Shown here in pieces: positions 1 to 9,984 of a DNA stretch of 64,000 nucleotides. Position 1 is the first letter of the stretch. The number at the start of each line of letters is the position of its first letter. The notes below the pieces were generated by a model. The model did no database searches, was not told where the DNA came from, and saw only the letters and a program-made list of their open reading frames with translations. Source of the DNA: an uncultured Bdellovibrionales bacterium (GTDB lineage Bacteria > Bdellovibrionota_C > UBA2361 > SZUA-149 > CAZDWZ01); assembly GCA_964405665.1 (NCBI GenBank), contig CAYOOT010000001.1, forward strand, positions 30,046 to 94,045. Direction: 5' to 3'. The position numbers were made by a program, and so were the translations under genes.

Positions 1-389
1 TGAAAAAAACTGGGGAGTAAAAATATCAGCGGCATATATAAGACATAGCCCCTGATTCCAATAGTACCAAGAATAACAGAACCCAATTTTGGATTGAATA
101 TTTGTAAAACAGGAACCAACAATGAAAGAAATAAAACAAATTTCAAAGTCGGTGCTTTTAAAAAATTAGTTCTTTGTTCAGGAGGTTGTAGATAAAACTT
201 GATGTAAGCAATAATTACTATGACGTCTTTTATAAAGTAAACTAAATCTGCGGCTCCCGGAACAACCCATTTTCTAATTGCTCCTTCAAAGACAGTCAAA
301 TAAAAAACCATATGCAAGCAATTTTGCCAGGTCAACGGAATAACTCCGATTAAACCAAACAAAATAAAAAATATTGGCAAAGGTTTCAT
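1..389 (-). CDS. Polytopic membrane protein, N-terminal part; the gene continues beyond the window start. It may be a Wzy/O-antigen-ligase-like protein.
   Basis: A minus-strand ATG at about 389..387 opens a hydrophobic ORF (MKPLPIFFILFGLIGVIPLTWQ...) that runs off the window edge. It is divergent from the kinase gene and sits next to the glycan locus. Confidence 0.35.
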   Translation of the reverse strand, partial: MKPLPIFFILFGLIGVIPLTWQNCLHMVFYLTVFEGAIRKWVVPGAADLVYFIKDVIVIIAYIKFYLQPPEQRTNFLKAPTLKFVLFLSLLVPVLQIFNPKLGSVILGTIGIRGYVLYMPLIFLLPSFF

Positions 390-497
390 GATCGTTATAC
401 TCTAATAGAGATATGTTATTGAAATATAAGAATTAAGATGTTTTCTTAAGGTAAAAAGCTTTATATAATTAACAATTAGTCACTATTTTACTTAAGA

Positions 498-1622
498 ATG
501 TCCAATTACGATTTAAACACATTTGAGAAAGGTCATCTAATTGCCAATCGCTATCAAGTAATTAAGCTGCTTGGAGCAGGAGGAATGGGCAGTGTTTATC
601 TGTGCGATGATCAGTTTCTAGAAGGCACCCAGGTAGCAGTTAAAGTTTTACATAAAGAATTTTGTACCGATCCTAATTTAGAAAAGCGGTTCCTACGGGA
701 AATTCAACTAATGAATTCAGTTAGTAATCCCCATGTTGTTAGAACATTTGATGCCGGTCGGGATAACGCAATTCTTTATTTTACGATGGAATTCGTTGCC
801 GGAATTCCCATGGATGACTACATTAGCCAAAATGGCAAATTAAGCATTAATCAATTTTGCACAATCTCACTTCAAATCTGTGAAGGAATTGATGCAATTC
901 ATAGAGCTTCGATCATACACCGAGATCTTAAACCAAGTAATATTATGCTTTTAAACGATGCCAATATCAAGATTACTGATTTTGGCGTAGCTAAGCCTAA
1001 ATCTTCAAAACTAACGCAACATAATGAAATAATAGGTTCAGTTGATTACATGGCGCCGGAAATTTGGTTAGGAAATGAAACGACTACTGCAATTGATATT
1101 TATAGTTTAGGAATAATTTTTTATCAGATGATTACAAACCAATTACCATTTTCCGATGATGAACCTTCAAAAATGATGATGTATCACGTCAAAAGGCCTC
1201 CTACTCCGCCCGCACAACATAACCCGGAAATTCCTGCTTGGTTAAATCATTTAATCCTAAAAATGTTATCAAAAGCACCTCATGAAAGACCAAAATCTGC
1301 CAATGAAATCTCCAGAATAATTCAAGCAAATTCAAAAAACCTCAAACCCCTTACTCTCAGTGGCAAATTTCCTTCAGTTACCACAACAATGAATTCAGGA
1401 AAACTTAGATCTCTTTCTCAAAGTGGATCACAACTCAACATTAATCCTGCAGATTTTATTCAAAGCCAAGAAGAAACAACTTCTTCTAGAGTTAGAGATT
1501 TAAGGAAAAAGAAAAAAAGAAAAAATATTTTACTTGCTATCTATGCTTTATCTTGCATAAGTTTGATTATCTATTTTTATATTAAGATTGCTTTTGTTTT
1601 TGAAGAATTACTTCTTATATAG
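498..1622 (+). CDS. Hanks-type Ser/Thr protein kinase with a C-terminal transmembrane anchor
   Basis: It has a glycine loop (GAGGMGSVY), a VAVK lysine, the catalytic loop HRDLKPSNIML, a DFG motif and an APE-like motif (DYMAPE). A K-rich stretch is followed by a hydrophobic C-terminus. Confidence 0.85.
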   Translation: MSNYDLNTFEKGHLIANRYQVIKLLGAGGMGSVYLCDDQFLEGTQVAVKVLHKEFCTDPNLEKRFLREIQLMNSVSNPHVVRTFDAGRDNAILYFTMEFVAGIPMDDYISQNGKLSINQFCTISLQICEGIDAIHRASIIHRDLKPSNIMLLNDANIKITDFGVAKPKSSKLTQHNEIIGSVDYMAPEIWLGNETTTAIDIYSLGIIFYQMITNQLPFSDDEPSKMMMYHVKRPPTPPAQHNPEIPAWLNHLILKMLSKAPHERPKSANEISRIIQANSKNLKPLTLSGKFPSVTTTMNSGKLRSLSQSGSQLNINPADFIQSQEETTSSRVRDLRKKKKRKNILLAIYALSCISLIIYFYIKIAFVFEELLLI

Positions 1623-1679
1623 CAAGTTTTTCCAAGAAGCGGATGTTTTGAAACCCAAAATCAAACAATAATTCAGGAA

Positions 1680-3416
1680 TTAATCTTTATCTCTTACGAT
1701 AAAACAATTGCCGAGCGCTAAACAATCCATTTTTGTTCGTAAAAAGCAATTTATTGTTTCATCAGGAGTGCAGACTATTGGTTCATTTTCATTAAGTGAA
1801 GTATTTAAAACAATTGGTATTCCAGTTTTTTCCTCAAACTTTTTTATTAACTTATAATATAAGGGATTAGTTTCTTTCTCCACAGTTTGTAACCTGCCAG
1901 TACCGTCAACATGTGTCACAGCAGGAATAATCGGCCGTTTCTCTTTTTTAATAGGAATAACCTTTTCCATAAAAGGGGAATTTACATCGTCTTCAAAATA
2001 TTCTCCAACTTTTTCTTTTAAAATACTTGGTGCAAAAGGTCGAAATTTTTCACGAAATTTAATTCGCAAATTAATGATATCTCGCATATCTTCTCTTCGG
2101 GGATCGGCAATTAAGGAACGATTACCCAATGCCCGGGCGCCTAATTCCATTCTCCCTTGGTACCAGCCAACTACTTTCCCCTGAATCATCGCTTCTACTG
2201 CTTGTTCAACTAATAAATCCTCTTCCAAAATTTTATATTTTACGCCATGATTATCACAAGCAAGTTTACATTCTTGCACTCCATACTCGGAACCCCAATA
2301 GGCATGTTTTAGTTCAAAACTTCTTTTGTTTCCTAAAATTTGATTCCATAAATAAAATGCCGAACCAAAAGCGGTGCCGTTATCCGCAGCTCCAACCGGA
2401 ACAAAAATATTTTTAAAAGGAGTCTCTTTATGAATTTTTCCATTAGCAACAGAATTCATAGCCACACCGCCGGCAAAACAAAGGTTCTTTGAAGGAAACT
2501 TGCCATACAAGATATTTAATAAATGCATAATAACTTCTTCAGTCACCTTCTGCAAAGAAGCAGCAATATTTTCTTCCCTTTTAGTTGTCTGCTCTCGGGG
2601 TTTTTTTGCTGCTCCCAATCTTTTTTCCAGATATTGAGAATGAAAGGATTCAACCTTGGGCAACCCTCCATCCCAAGCCATTTTTATACCTTTTTTATGA
2701 TGCTCAAAATAATCTAGATTAAGTTTAAATCCCTCTTTAGTTAAAAAAAACATTTTTCTAAATTCATCAACAAACTCTGGTTCGCCGTAAGGAGCTAAAC
2801 CCATAACTTTATATTCGTCTCCATAATTGGGAAATCCTAAATAGATAGTTATTGCATTATAGAGAAATCCCAAAGAATGAGGATGAAATATTTTGCTAAA
2901 ATAATTCGTATTTATTTTAGAACCTTCTCCCGAGGACATAACGCAACTTGTAAAATCTCCCATTCCATCCAAAGAGAGTATCGCCGCAGAGTCATAAGGA
3001 GATAAAAGAAAGGAACTTCCAATATGAGATTCATGATGCCCAATAAAATGAAATTGTGCTTTTAGTTCTTTTTCTTGACAATTAAGCGCTTGCGACAAAT
3101 TTGTTTTAAGATCAAGGGATTTTTTTTGTCTAAGCAGTCTGCTAATTATTGTTCGAAGAGCGGGTCGATGTTTTAAAGTAAAAAGTAACTTTTCCTTGAG
3201 GTGCGCCTTGGGATTAAAAGAAACCGTCACATGATCAATTTCTGCGGCTTGAACATTTCCTTTTTGCAAACAATATCTAATGGAATTAACCGGGAACCCC
3301 GCCCAATGTTTGATTCTAGTAAATCTTTCTTCCTCAACGGCAGCAATCAGCACTCCGTCCTGAATCAGTGCGGCAGAAGAATCTCCGTGATATGCATTAA
3401 TTCCAAGTATATTCAT
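1680..3416 (-). CDS. Carbamoyltransferase, NodU/CmcH family
   Basis: The N-terminus MNILGINAYHGDSSAALIQDGVLIAAVEEERFTRIKH is typical of NodU/CmcH O-carbamoyltransferases. The length is about 578 aa. Confidence 0.8.
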   Translation of the reverse strand: MNILGINAYHGDSSAALIQDGVLIAAVEEERFTRIKHWAGFPVNSIRYCLQKGNVQAAEIDHVTVSFNPKAHLKEKLLFTLKHRPALRTIISRLLRQKKSLDLKTNLSQALNCQEKELKAQFHFIGHHESHIGSSFLLSPYDSAAILSLDGMGDFTSCVMSSGEGSKINTNYFSKIFHPHSLGFLYNAITIYLGFPNYGDEYKVMGLAPYGEPEFVDEFRKMFFLTKEGFKLNLDYFEHHKKGIKMAWDGGLPKVESFHSQYLEKRLGAAKKPREQTTKREENIAASLQKVTEEVIMHLLNILYGKFPSKNLCFAGGVAMNSVANGKIHKETPFKNIFVPVGAADNGTAFGSAFYLWNQILGNKRSFELKHAYWGSEYGVQECKLACDNHGVKYKILEEDLLVEQAVEAMIQGKVVGWYQGRMELGARALGNRSLIADPRREDMRDIINLRIKFREKFRPFAPSILKEKVGEYFEDDVNSPFMEKVIPIKKEKRPIIPAVTHVDGTGRLQTVEKETNPLYYKLIKKFEEKTGIPIVLNTSLNENEPIVCTPDETINCFLRTKMDCLALGNCFIVRDKD

Positions 3417-4550
3417 TTAATTTAAATGTTGTTCCAATATTTTCTTTAAACGGTTATGAAAAACATCCAAGCCATAATACTCTATAACCTTTTGTCTTAA
3501 AAACTCTCTATTGTAAATATTTTTGTTTGGATGCTTGCCATTAAGCACTTGAATCAAAATATTAGCCAACTCTTTAATATTATCAGGATCGACAACGATG
3601 CCCAATTCGCCATTTTTAATGACCTCTTGACCGGCATCTTGATTGCTCACTAATACCGGCCTGCCGCAAGCAAGAGCTTCTAAATAAACGATTCCAAAAC
3701 CCTCTCCTTTACTGGGCATGGCAAAAAGATCACAAAGATTATAATAGTCAACTATTTCTTCATCGGGAATGAAACCTGTCATAATAACTGATTTTTCCAG
3801 TCCTTTGTTCTTGATCAAATCCTCTATGCGGTGACGATCGTTTCCCTTGCCCACTAAAATATAAACTAGATCTTTTATACTTTCTTTTACTAGATCTAAG
3901 GATTCTATTATTTGATCATATCCCTTATAGCTTTCAAAATTATCAAGACGGCAAATTGTAAGAATAACTTTTGTTTCGTTGGTAATTCCGTGTCGATCCA
4001 ATAATTTTTTTGATTTATCGGCAATTTGAAAATTATTTTCTGAGAACTTGCACGGAAGAATATTAAATTTACTTTGATCGACAGTTAAATATTCTTTAAC
4101 TTTACTTATTGTATAATTGCTGATTGAAATAATGGCCGTCGCAGACCGCAATGATTGGATTTTCATCGGACTTTTCCAATTCCAGACTTCGATCCCATAA
4201 ATAACAACAAAATATTTAATTTTTCTAAACTTTGATAAAATAAATATCAGAGGCAAATAATTGGCATGCATCACAAAAATTATTGGATTTTTATTGAATA
4301 ATCCCGAAGATAATAGCTTGATACTAAAAATCAATGTTCTCAAAAATTTAGGATAATGCCCCGAGAAATTATATTCAACCAATGTTTGAAGTTTTTTTCT
4401 TGCGGGCCGATCCTCTTTTAAATAAATTTTTTTCTCCAGATTCGGATAAATATTAAAAAAATCTTGAAAAAAATAATTGCAAAAAACTTGAATTCCTCCT
4501 TTAAAATCAAAAATATTAGGACACCAAAATATAATTTTCTCTTTGGCCAT
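3417..4550 (-). CDS. Glycosyltransferase family 1 (GT4-like)
   Basis: It has the C-terminal GT-B motif EGFGIVYLEALACGRPVL and the size and architecture of GT1 enzymes. Confidence 0.75.
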   Translation of the reverse strand: MAKEKIIFWCPNIFDFKGGIQVFCNYFFQDFFNIYPNLEKKIYLKEDRPARKKLQTLVEYNFSGHYPKFLRTLIFSIKLLSSGLFNKNPIIFVMHANYLPLIFILSKFRKIKYFVVIYGIEVWNWKSPMKIQSLRSATAIISISNYTISKVKEYLTVDQSKFNILPCKFSENNFQIADKSKKLLDRHGITNETKVILTICRLDNFESYKGYDQIIESLDLVKESIKDLVYILVGKGNDRHRIEDLIKNKGLEKSVIMTGFIPDEEIVDYYNLCDLFAMPSKGEGFGIVYLEALACGRPVLVSNQDAGQEVIKNGELGIVVDPDNIKELANILIQVLNGKHPNKNIYNREFLRQKVIEYYGLDVFHNRLKKILEQHLN

Positions 4551-4551
4551 A

Positions 4552-5817
4552 TCAGCTAGGTATATTTTCTTTTAAATATTTAGCTAAATTTAGGCAATAA
4601 GCTTCCCAACTGTAAAGCTTTATTTTATTAAGTATTTCCTGATGATCGATGTTTAAAGAATCAGGATCATCATAATAAAATAATATTGCTTTTTTTAAAT
4701 CTTCAATATTCCTTTTTTCGACAAGTAAGCCGATTTTGGGATCGGATAAAATATCGGGCGCAACTCCAGTAACTGTTGCAATCACCGGTAATCCATGGGA
4801 AAGTGCTTCCAATACTACTAAACCAAAGCCTTCATATAAAGAAGGAAAGATAAAAAGGTCGCTATTGAGATATATTTGCGATAATTGATTATGAGGAACG
4901 CTGCCATAATATTTTATCTTGGTATTATTACTTAAATTTTTTTCCAACCAACCTGAGGGATATTCATTGCCTCCGACCAAATGTAAGGTACTATTTTTTA
5001 GATTCAATTGTCTAAATGCTTCCATTAAGTAATGCACACCTTTTAGAGGATTAAGTCTTCCGACATACAAAATATTAAAAGTTTTTTTATCTTTTCTTTT
5101 AGAAACGACACTAAGATTTTCTACTTTTGTAGCACCATAAGGTATGACAACTATTTTTTCCGGACTAATATTATTTTTAATCAAAGAATTGCGGGTGGCA
5201 TTAGAAGCAACAATAATATTATCGGCCAAATTAAGCTCTTGTTCCTTTCTTTCAATTTTCCATTTTGGTTCTAAAAGTGCCGCACAGGAGTTTTTAAATT
5301 CCGGAAATAAATCTGCTTCCTCCCTTTGAATTTTATAAACTTCCTTATAATGCAGAGTCGGCAAATCATAAAAATTTATTAATCCTAATTGTTTGGATTT
5401 TTGAAAGCTTACGGCAGCAGTATCTTCATAGCTATATATTGCAGAAAGATTATTTGTCCGCTCAATTACCTGAGAAAATTTGCGATCAATATGTACGGAT
5501 AAATAATCAGACAAACTTTTTTCTTCGATTCCTAAAATTCTAGCGATTTTACTGCGAATCAAAAATATTCTTAAAAGTTCAGGGCCGGGAAAACTAAAAA
5601 TCTTTTCCACTTCATCAGGAACCCAATCTCTTCTGGCAAATTCTTTTGATAATTTTTTTGAAACAAAATTCAATATAGAAAAAATTTTTGAATTTTTATT
5701 ATAATAAAATGAGGTCGTCAAAGATGCCAACAAATCGCTTTTTAATAAACTTAAAAGAGCATTCCTGGCATTAGGGTTTCCTGTGGGATGGCAAAAAGCG
5801 ATTTTTTTTAAAGTCAT
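4552..5817 (-). CDS. Glycosyltransferase family 1
   Basis: It carries the motif EGFGLVVLEALSHGLPVIAT and is contiguous with the other glycosyltransferase genes. Confidence 0.75.
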   Translation of the reverse strand: MTLKKIAFCHPTGNPNARNALLSLLKSDLLASLTTSFYYNKNSKIFSILNFVSKKLSKEFARRDWVPDEVEKIFSFPGPELLRIFLIRSKIARILGIEEKSLSDYLSVHIDRKFSQVIERTNNLSAIYSYEDTAAVSFQKSKQLGLINFYDLPTLHYKEVYKIQREEADLFPEFKNSCAALLEPKWKIERKEQELNLADNIIVASNATRNSLIKNNISPEKIVVIPYGATKVENLSVVSKRKDKKTFNILYVGRLNPLKGVHYLMEAFRQLNLKNSTLHLVGGNEYPSGWLEKNLSNNTKIKYYGSVPHNQLSQIYLNSDLFIFPSLYEGFGLVVLEALSHGLPVIATVTGVAPDILSDPKIGLLVEKRNIEDLKKAILFYYDDPDSLNIDHQEILNKIKLYSWEAYCLNLAKYLKENIPS

Positions 5818-6857
5818 TTTCCATTCTTTCTGGAGAGGAAAAAAATACTATCCGAAAAATAAATAAATAAAGGCACTTTATTGGCAATTTTTTTGAGACA
5901 TTCTGATAAATTATATCCTAACCTGATCAGAGGATGCATCATATCAATATCGGAACTTTGGGCACCTAAACCGAAATAAGTATCGATGCTTATTTCGCAA
6001 TGTCCGATAATCGAACTGAATGCTTTTTTTAATTCCTTAATCGACCAGTAGCGCACTTGAAATTCACTGGCAGTAGAAAAGCCTCTCTTCAATTGATGAA
6101 AAAGACTGATTAAGCCGAACTTATTCGCCATTTGCACTAAACATATTCCCCGCTCTTTGAGCACATTGCTGATTTGTTTGGCACTTAACAAAAAATCTTC
6201 TTTACTAAAATGCTGAAAAACACTGTAGCTATATACATTGTCGAATGTTTTTTCTTTAAAAGGCAAATATCTGGAATCAGCCACAACAAAAGAAATATCG
6301 TGACCATAATGTTTAGATAGTCTTTTTGCAGCCAAAACAGCCCCTAGAGAAGGATCTAATCCCACCACTTTATATCCTTTATTTGCAGCGGCAATGCTCC
6401 ATCTGCCCCAATTGCAGCCGATATCAAGCAATAGATTTCCCTGCGCCGAACCTAAAGCGATTTTAGGGATCGGATATCTGCCCAGATTTGATTTTAATGT
6501 TCTGTACAAATTGCCGCAGGTGGCGACAATTAATTCTTGCACGACAGGATCAACTGAATGACTTTTATCTTTGCATTTTTCTTTGACTAATTCTCTGTCT
6601 TTCTCGTCAATTCCAAGTGTGGCGGTAAAATAGGGGTCATTTTTGAAATAAAAATCTGAATTTTCAGCAGCAGTTAGCGAGGCTTTTGCCACCCATAGAG
6701 TTTCCGGAACATCATTTCTTAAAAGAACTGGGATGCCATCGATGATATTGAATGAATGCTTGTTTTCGCAAACAAGCTTGCCTTGATTCATCGATAAATT
6801 CAAACGATCATAAGGGCAAACCAATATTTCTATTAAAGTTTTATCACACATAATCAA
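5814..6857 (-). CDS. Trm112-like zinc-ribbon domain fused to a class I SAM-dependent methyltransferase
   Basis: The N-terminal LIEILVCPYDRLNL...LVCEN segment is Trm112-like. Downstream lies the SAM-binding motif LLDIGCNWGRW. Confidence 0.65.
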   Translation of the reverse strand: MIMCDKTLIEILVCPYDRLNLSMNQGKLVCENKHSFNIIDGIPVLLRNDVPETLWVAKASLTAAENSDFYFKNDPYFTATLGIDEKDRELVKEKCKDKSHSVDPVVQELIVATCGNLYRTLKSNLGRYPIPKIALGSAQGNLLLDIGCNWGRWSIAAANKGYKVVGLDPSLGAVLAAKRLSKHYGHDISFVVADSRYLPFKEKTFDNVYSYSVFQHFSKEDFLLSAKQISNVLKERGICLVQMANKFGLISLFHQLKRGFSTASEFQVRYWSIKELKKAFSSIIGHCEISIDTYFGLGAQSSDIDMMHPLIRLGYNLSECLKKIANKVPLFIYFSDSIFFLSRKNGK

Positions 6858-6875
6858 AAATTAAACCGTTTACAT

Positions 6876-7910
6876 TTACTTTATTTTTATTGAAAAATTA
6901 CTAGGTCTAAGCAGAATTTTCTTATCTTCAAAGATCAGCCTTTTTAGATCATCTTCCTTTACTGAGGAATCAGCATAAGATACGCCTACTTTAAAATTAT
7001 TTAGATTCATATCAAAAAGATTCTGCGGACCGAATCCATTTGTTTTAATTCTTGATTCAATAAATTTAGCTACATACTCTTCTTTGAAATAAAGCTGCAA
7101 AATGAATCCTGTCAAAACTTGAGAGTAAACATCAATTGGAAAATCATTCTTTGTTTTTAAAACATTTTCCAGTTCTCTTGAAAGATAATTTTCCAAATCA
7201 AGCACATAGACACAATCGATATAATCTTTAAAGCTTTTCAAATTACTTTTATCAAATTGCAAGTATTTGATATTGGAAATTAATTTATCAAAATCTACAC
7301 TTAAAGAATAATAGTTCTCATTATCTTTTAATATTTTTATGGGGAAATCATTTTGATCAAACTTTAATTTACCCTCAAAAGTGAAGTTTGATTTTGTACG
7401 GCCCTTTTCTAATAACTCAAATAACTCTTGCAAATTAGTCTCAATGGTTTTTCTAATATTTTGTTGATCATTTTTAAAATTGACTTCAAAATTACTGCCT
7501 TGCAAACCGACAAAAGGATAATTATCATAAATCCAATTGCCTCTGCTGATATTATCCGAATCGAGATATTTAAGACGAACACCACTTGCTTTAATTGTTA
7601 TTTCTTTTGCTGAAAAGTCCGGCCAACTAACAGAAATATTATCAACCTTTAAAGAAAGGTTTAACTTAAAATTATTAGTTGGATAATCAAAGTCAAAATG
7701 AAAATTTCTAATATTAAAAGATTTAAGCGAGTTAATGCTTACTTCTTCAAAATAGGTGTCCCAAACATTAATTCCTTTTTCTTTGAAATTTTTTCGAAGA
7801 TTACCCAAACTCAATGTTACATCATTAGATAATTTAGTGCTTAAAACAAAATAGAGCACAATAATTAAGATAATTAAGCTAATATTTATTAACAGAAAAT
7901 TCTTACGCAT
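6876..7910 (-). CDS. Hypothetical membrane-anchored protein (N-terminal TM helix, Asn/Lys-rich)
   Basis: The ORF sits inside the polysaccharide cluster. I recognise no catalytic motif. Confidence 0.3.
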   Translation of the reverse strand: MRKNFLLINISLIILIIVLYFVLSTKLSNDVTLSLGNLRKNFKEKGINVWDTYFEEVSINSLKSFNIRNFHFDFDYPTNNFKLNLSLKVDNISVSWPDFSAKEITIKASGVRLKYLDSDNISRGNWIYDNYPFVGLQGSNFEVNFKNDQQNIRKTIETNLQELFELLEKGRTKSNFTFEGKLKFDQNDFPIKILKDNENYYSLSVDFDKLISNIKYLQFDKSNLKSFKDYIDCVYVLDLENYLSRELENVLKTKNDFPIDVYSQVLTGFILQLYFKEEYVAKFIESRIKTNGFGPQNLFDMNLNNFKVGVSYADSSVKEDDLKRLIFEDKKILLRPSNFSIKIK

Positions 7911-8001
7911 TTAATTAATTTCCCCTAACTTGAAGAAAAAGATCTTAATATGTTAAACAATTTAGGTTTATATTTTAGGTTCATTCTAACATTTTCTACT
8001 G

Positions 8002-9906
8002 TTACATTTGAGAAATAACACCTGTTAAATGTTGTGCTTCCCAATATGAATGAAATTTACCACGTTGTGCCAATAATTGTCTCGGAGCGCCCATTTCAAC
8101 TACTTTTCCTTTTTCTAAAACTATTATTTTTTCAGCGTGTTGAACAGTAGCCAAACGATGAGCAATGACAATTATTGTTTTATTTCCAAACATTTCATCG
8201 ATAACCACTTGAATTTGTTTTTCGGTATTGGAATCCAAGGCACTCGTCGGTTCGTCAAGAATTAAAATATCAGGTTTTTTTAATATCGCTCTGGCAATTG
8301 AAATTCTTTGTTTTTCTCCGCCGGATAGGCGCATCCCCTTGTCTCCCAAATCGGAATCTAAACCATGGGGCAATTTGCCAAGTAAATCATGAAGTCGGGC
8401 GCTTTTAACAGCCTCGATTAATTCTTCATTGCTAACTTCACGCTCTAAACCATACAGCAAATTTTCTTTAAAAGTTGCATGTAATAAAAATGCCTCTTGG
8501 CTGACCAGGGCAATATTTTTAAGAAGAGAATTAATTTTATAATCTCTTATGTCAATGCCATCAATAAAGATATTTCCTGGTTCACAATCATAAAATCTCA
8601 TCAAGAGATTAATTATTGTCGATTTTCCTGAACCGCTTTGTCCGACAATTGCTGTCATCGTTCCTTTTTCAATCTTAAAACTAACTCCGTTTAAGACCTG
8701 GTTTCCTCCGGGGTAAGTAAAATTTAAATTCCTTAGTTCAATGTGCTCATGCAAACCAAGGTAATTTTTAGTTCCATCGGGGATCATATATTTTAACTCA
8801 TTATCAAAAACCGACATTACCTCTTGAAGCGGCCCGGATAATGAAGCTAAAGAAGCTCTTACCGTATTCAAAGAGCCAAAGAGTCCTGAAGCTCTTTTTA
8901 ACATAGCGATAAACGCAAAATATTTGGCAATGCCGTCAGAATTTTCAACACTCGCAATATAAGAAATAATGCCAATTAATACAAAAATTAAACAAAGCAT
9001 GATAATTTCCTGAACAGGATTAATCATCGCAATATGCTTATCTACACTATATTGAAGATTGCGCACGGCATCGCTTGTTTTATTAAAATCTTTTATTTCT
9101 TTTCCTTCTGTGGAATATGCTTTAATTAAGGGAATGCAGTTGAGAGCATTAGAAATTCTTCTGCCTAAGATATTGTAGGATTCAGCATAACTTTTGGAAG
9201 AATCCCTGAGCTTCTTAATAATGCTGGTTAAGGCATTATGCAAAATTGGAAAGATACAAAGCACTATTACTGTGAGCTTAACTGAGATCATCAACATGAT
9301 AGTTAAATAAACAAAAAGAGTGCTGATCGCATAACCTGCACCTTGTAAATTCCGAAACTCCAAGGCTACAGTATCAACATAAGTGGTAATTAATTGATGT
9401 AAATAACCAAGACTATGCTTTTCAAAATATAATTTACCAAAACTTAAGTATCTTGCATAAATACCTTTCCTTAAGAAATTTGCTACCTTACGAACTTGCT
9501 TGGAAGTACCCCAGGCAGAAAGAAGAAAAAGAACGTTTTTCCCTATTGCACTGACAAAAACTCCACCTATTAGTAATATAAAAAGTGTCTTATCATCATT
9601 TAAAAAGGAAAATGTTTCATGATTGGCAAGCTCCTTAAAAAAATCATATTTTTTAATAGAGCTTAAATCTTTCTTCATCATCCAGTCTAAAACCGGAATC
9701 GATAAGATCACTGTAAATCCTTCACATAAAGAAGCGCCGATAAAAATAAACAGAGGAAGGATAAAGGAGTAATAACTAATATTTGATTTTTTAAGCTGTT
9801 GGTTAAGCTTTTTTAAGTAATAGGAATTCTTTTTTGAAAAAAACGTTATATTTAACACTGATATACAAATATTTGAAATTTTTATGAGTTTAGTTGAATA
9901 TCTCAA
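8002..9906 (-). CDS. ABC transporter, fused permease/ATPase (MsbA-like exporter)
   Basis: An N-terminal TM domain is followed by Walker A (GQSGSGKST), the ABC signature (LSGGEKQRISIARA) and Walker B (ILILDEPTSALD). Confidence 0.85.
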   Translation of the reverse strand: MRYSTKLIKISNICISVLNITFFSKKNSYYLKKLNQQLKKSNISYYSFILPLFIFIGASLCEGFTVILSIPVLDWMMKKDLSSIKKYDFFKELANHETFSFLNDDKTLFILLIGGVFVSAIGKNVLFLLSAWGTSKQVRKVANFLRKGIYARYLSFGKLYFEKHSLGYLHQLITTYVDTVALEFRNLQGAGYAISTLFVYLTIMLMISVKLTVIVLCIFPILHNALTSIIKKLRDSSKSYAESYNILGRRISNALNCIPLIKAYSTEGKEIKDFNKTSDAVRNLQYSVDKHIAMINPVQEIIMLCLIFVLIGIISYIASVENSDGIAKYFAFIAMLKRASGLFGSLNTVRASLASLSGPLQEVMSVFDNELKYMIPDGTKNYLGLHEHIELRNLNFTYPGGNQVLNGVSFKIEKGTMTAIVGQSGSGKSTIINLLMRFYDCEPGNIFIDGIDIRDYKINSLLKNIALVSQEAFLLHATFKENLLYGLEREVSNEELIEAVKSARLHDLLGKLPHGLDSDLGDKGMRLSGGEKQRISIARAILKKPDILILDEPTSALDSNTEKQIQVVIDEMFGNKTIIVIAHRLATVQHAEKIIVLEKGKVVEMGAPRQLLAQRGKFHSYWEAQHLTGVISQM

Positions 9907-9984
9907 CTAATTACTTAAGATGATTTAGGATTTACCATTGACTCAGAAAATGTGGTAGATCAAATATATTTTATAGATTTATTA

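Noticed and set aside
2129-3425. Small ORFs of 60-100 aa inside and antisense to the carbamoyltransferase and other large genes (e.g. 2129..2416, 2523..2717, 3201..3425, 10761..11011, 13126..13488)
   Set aside because: They are embedded in the opposite strand or an alternative frame of well-supported genes. They have low-complexity or Cys/Phe-rich composition and no RBS context. I treat them as spurious.
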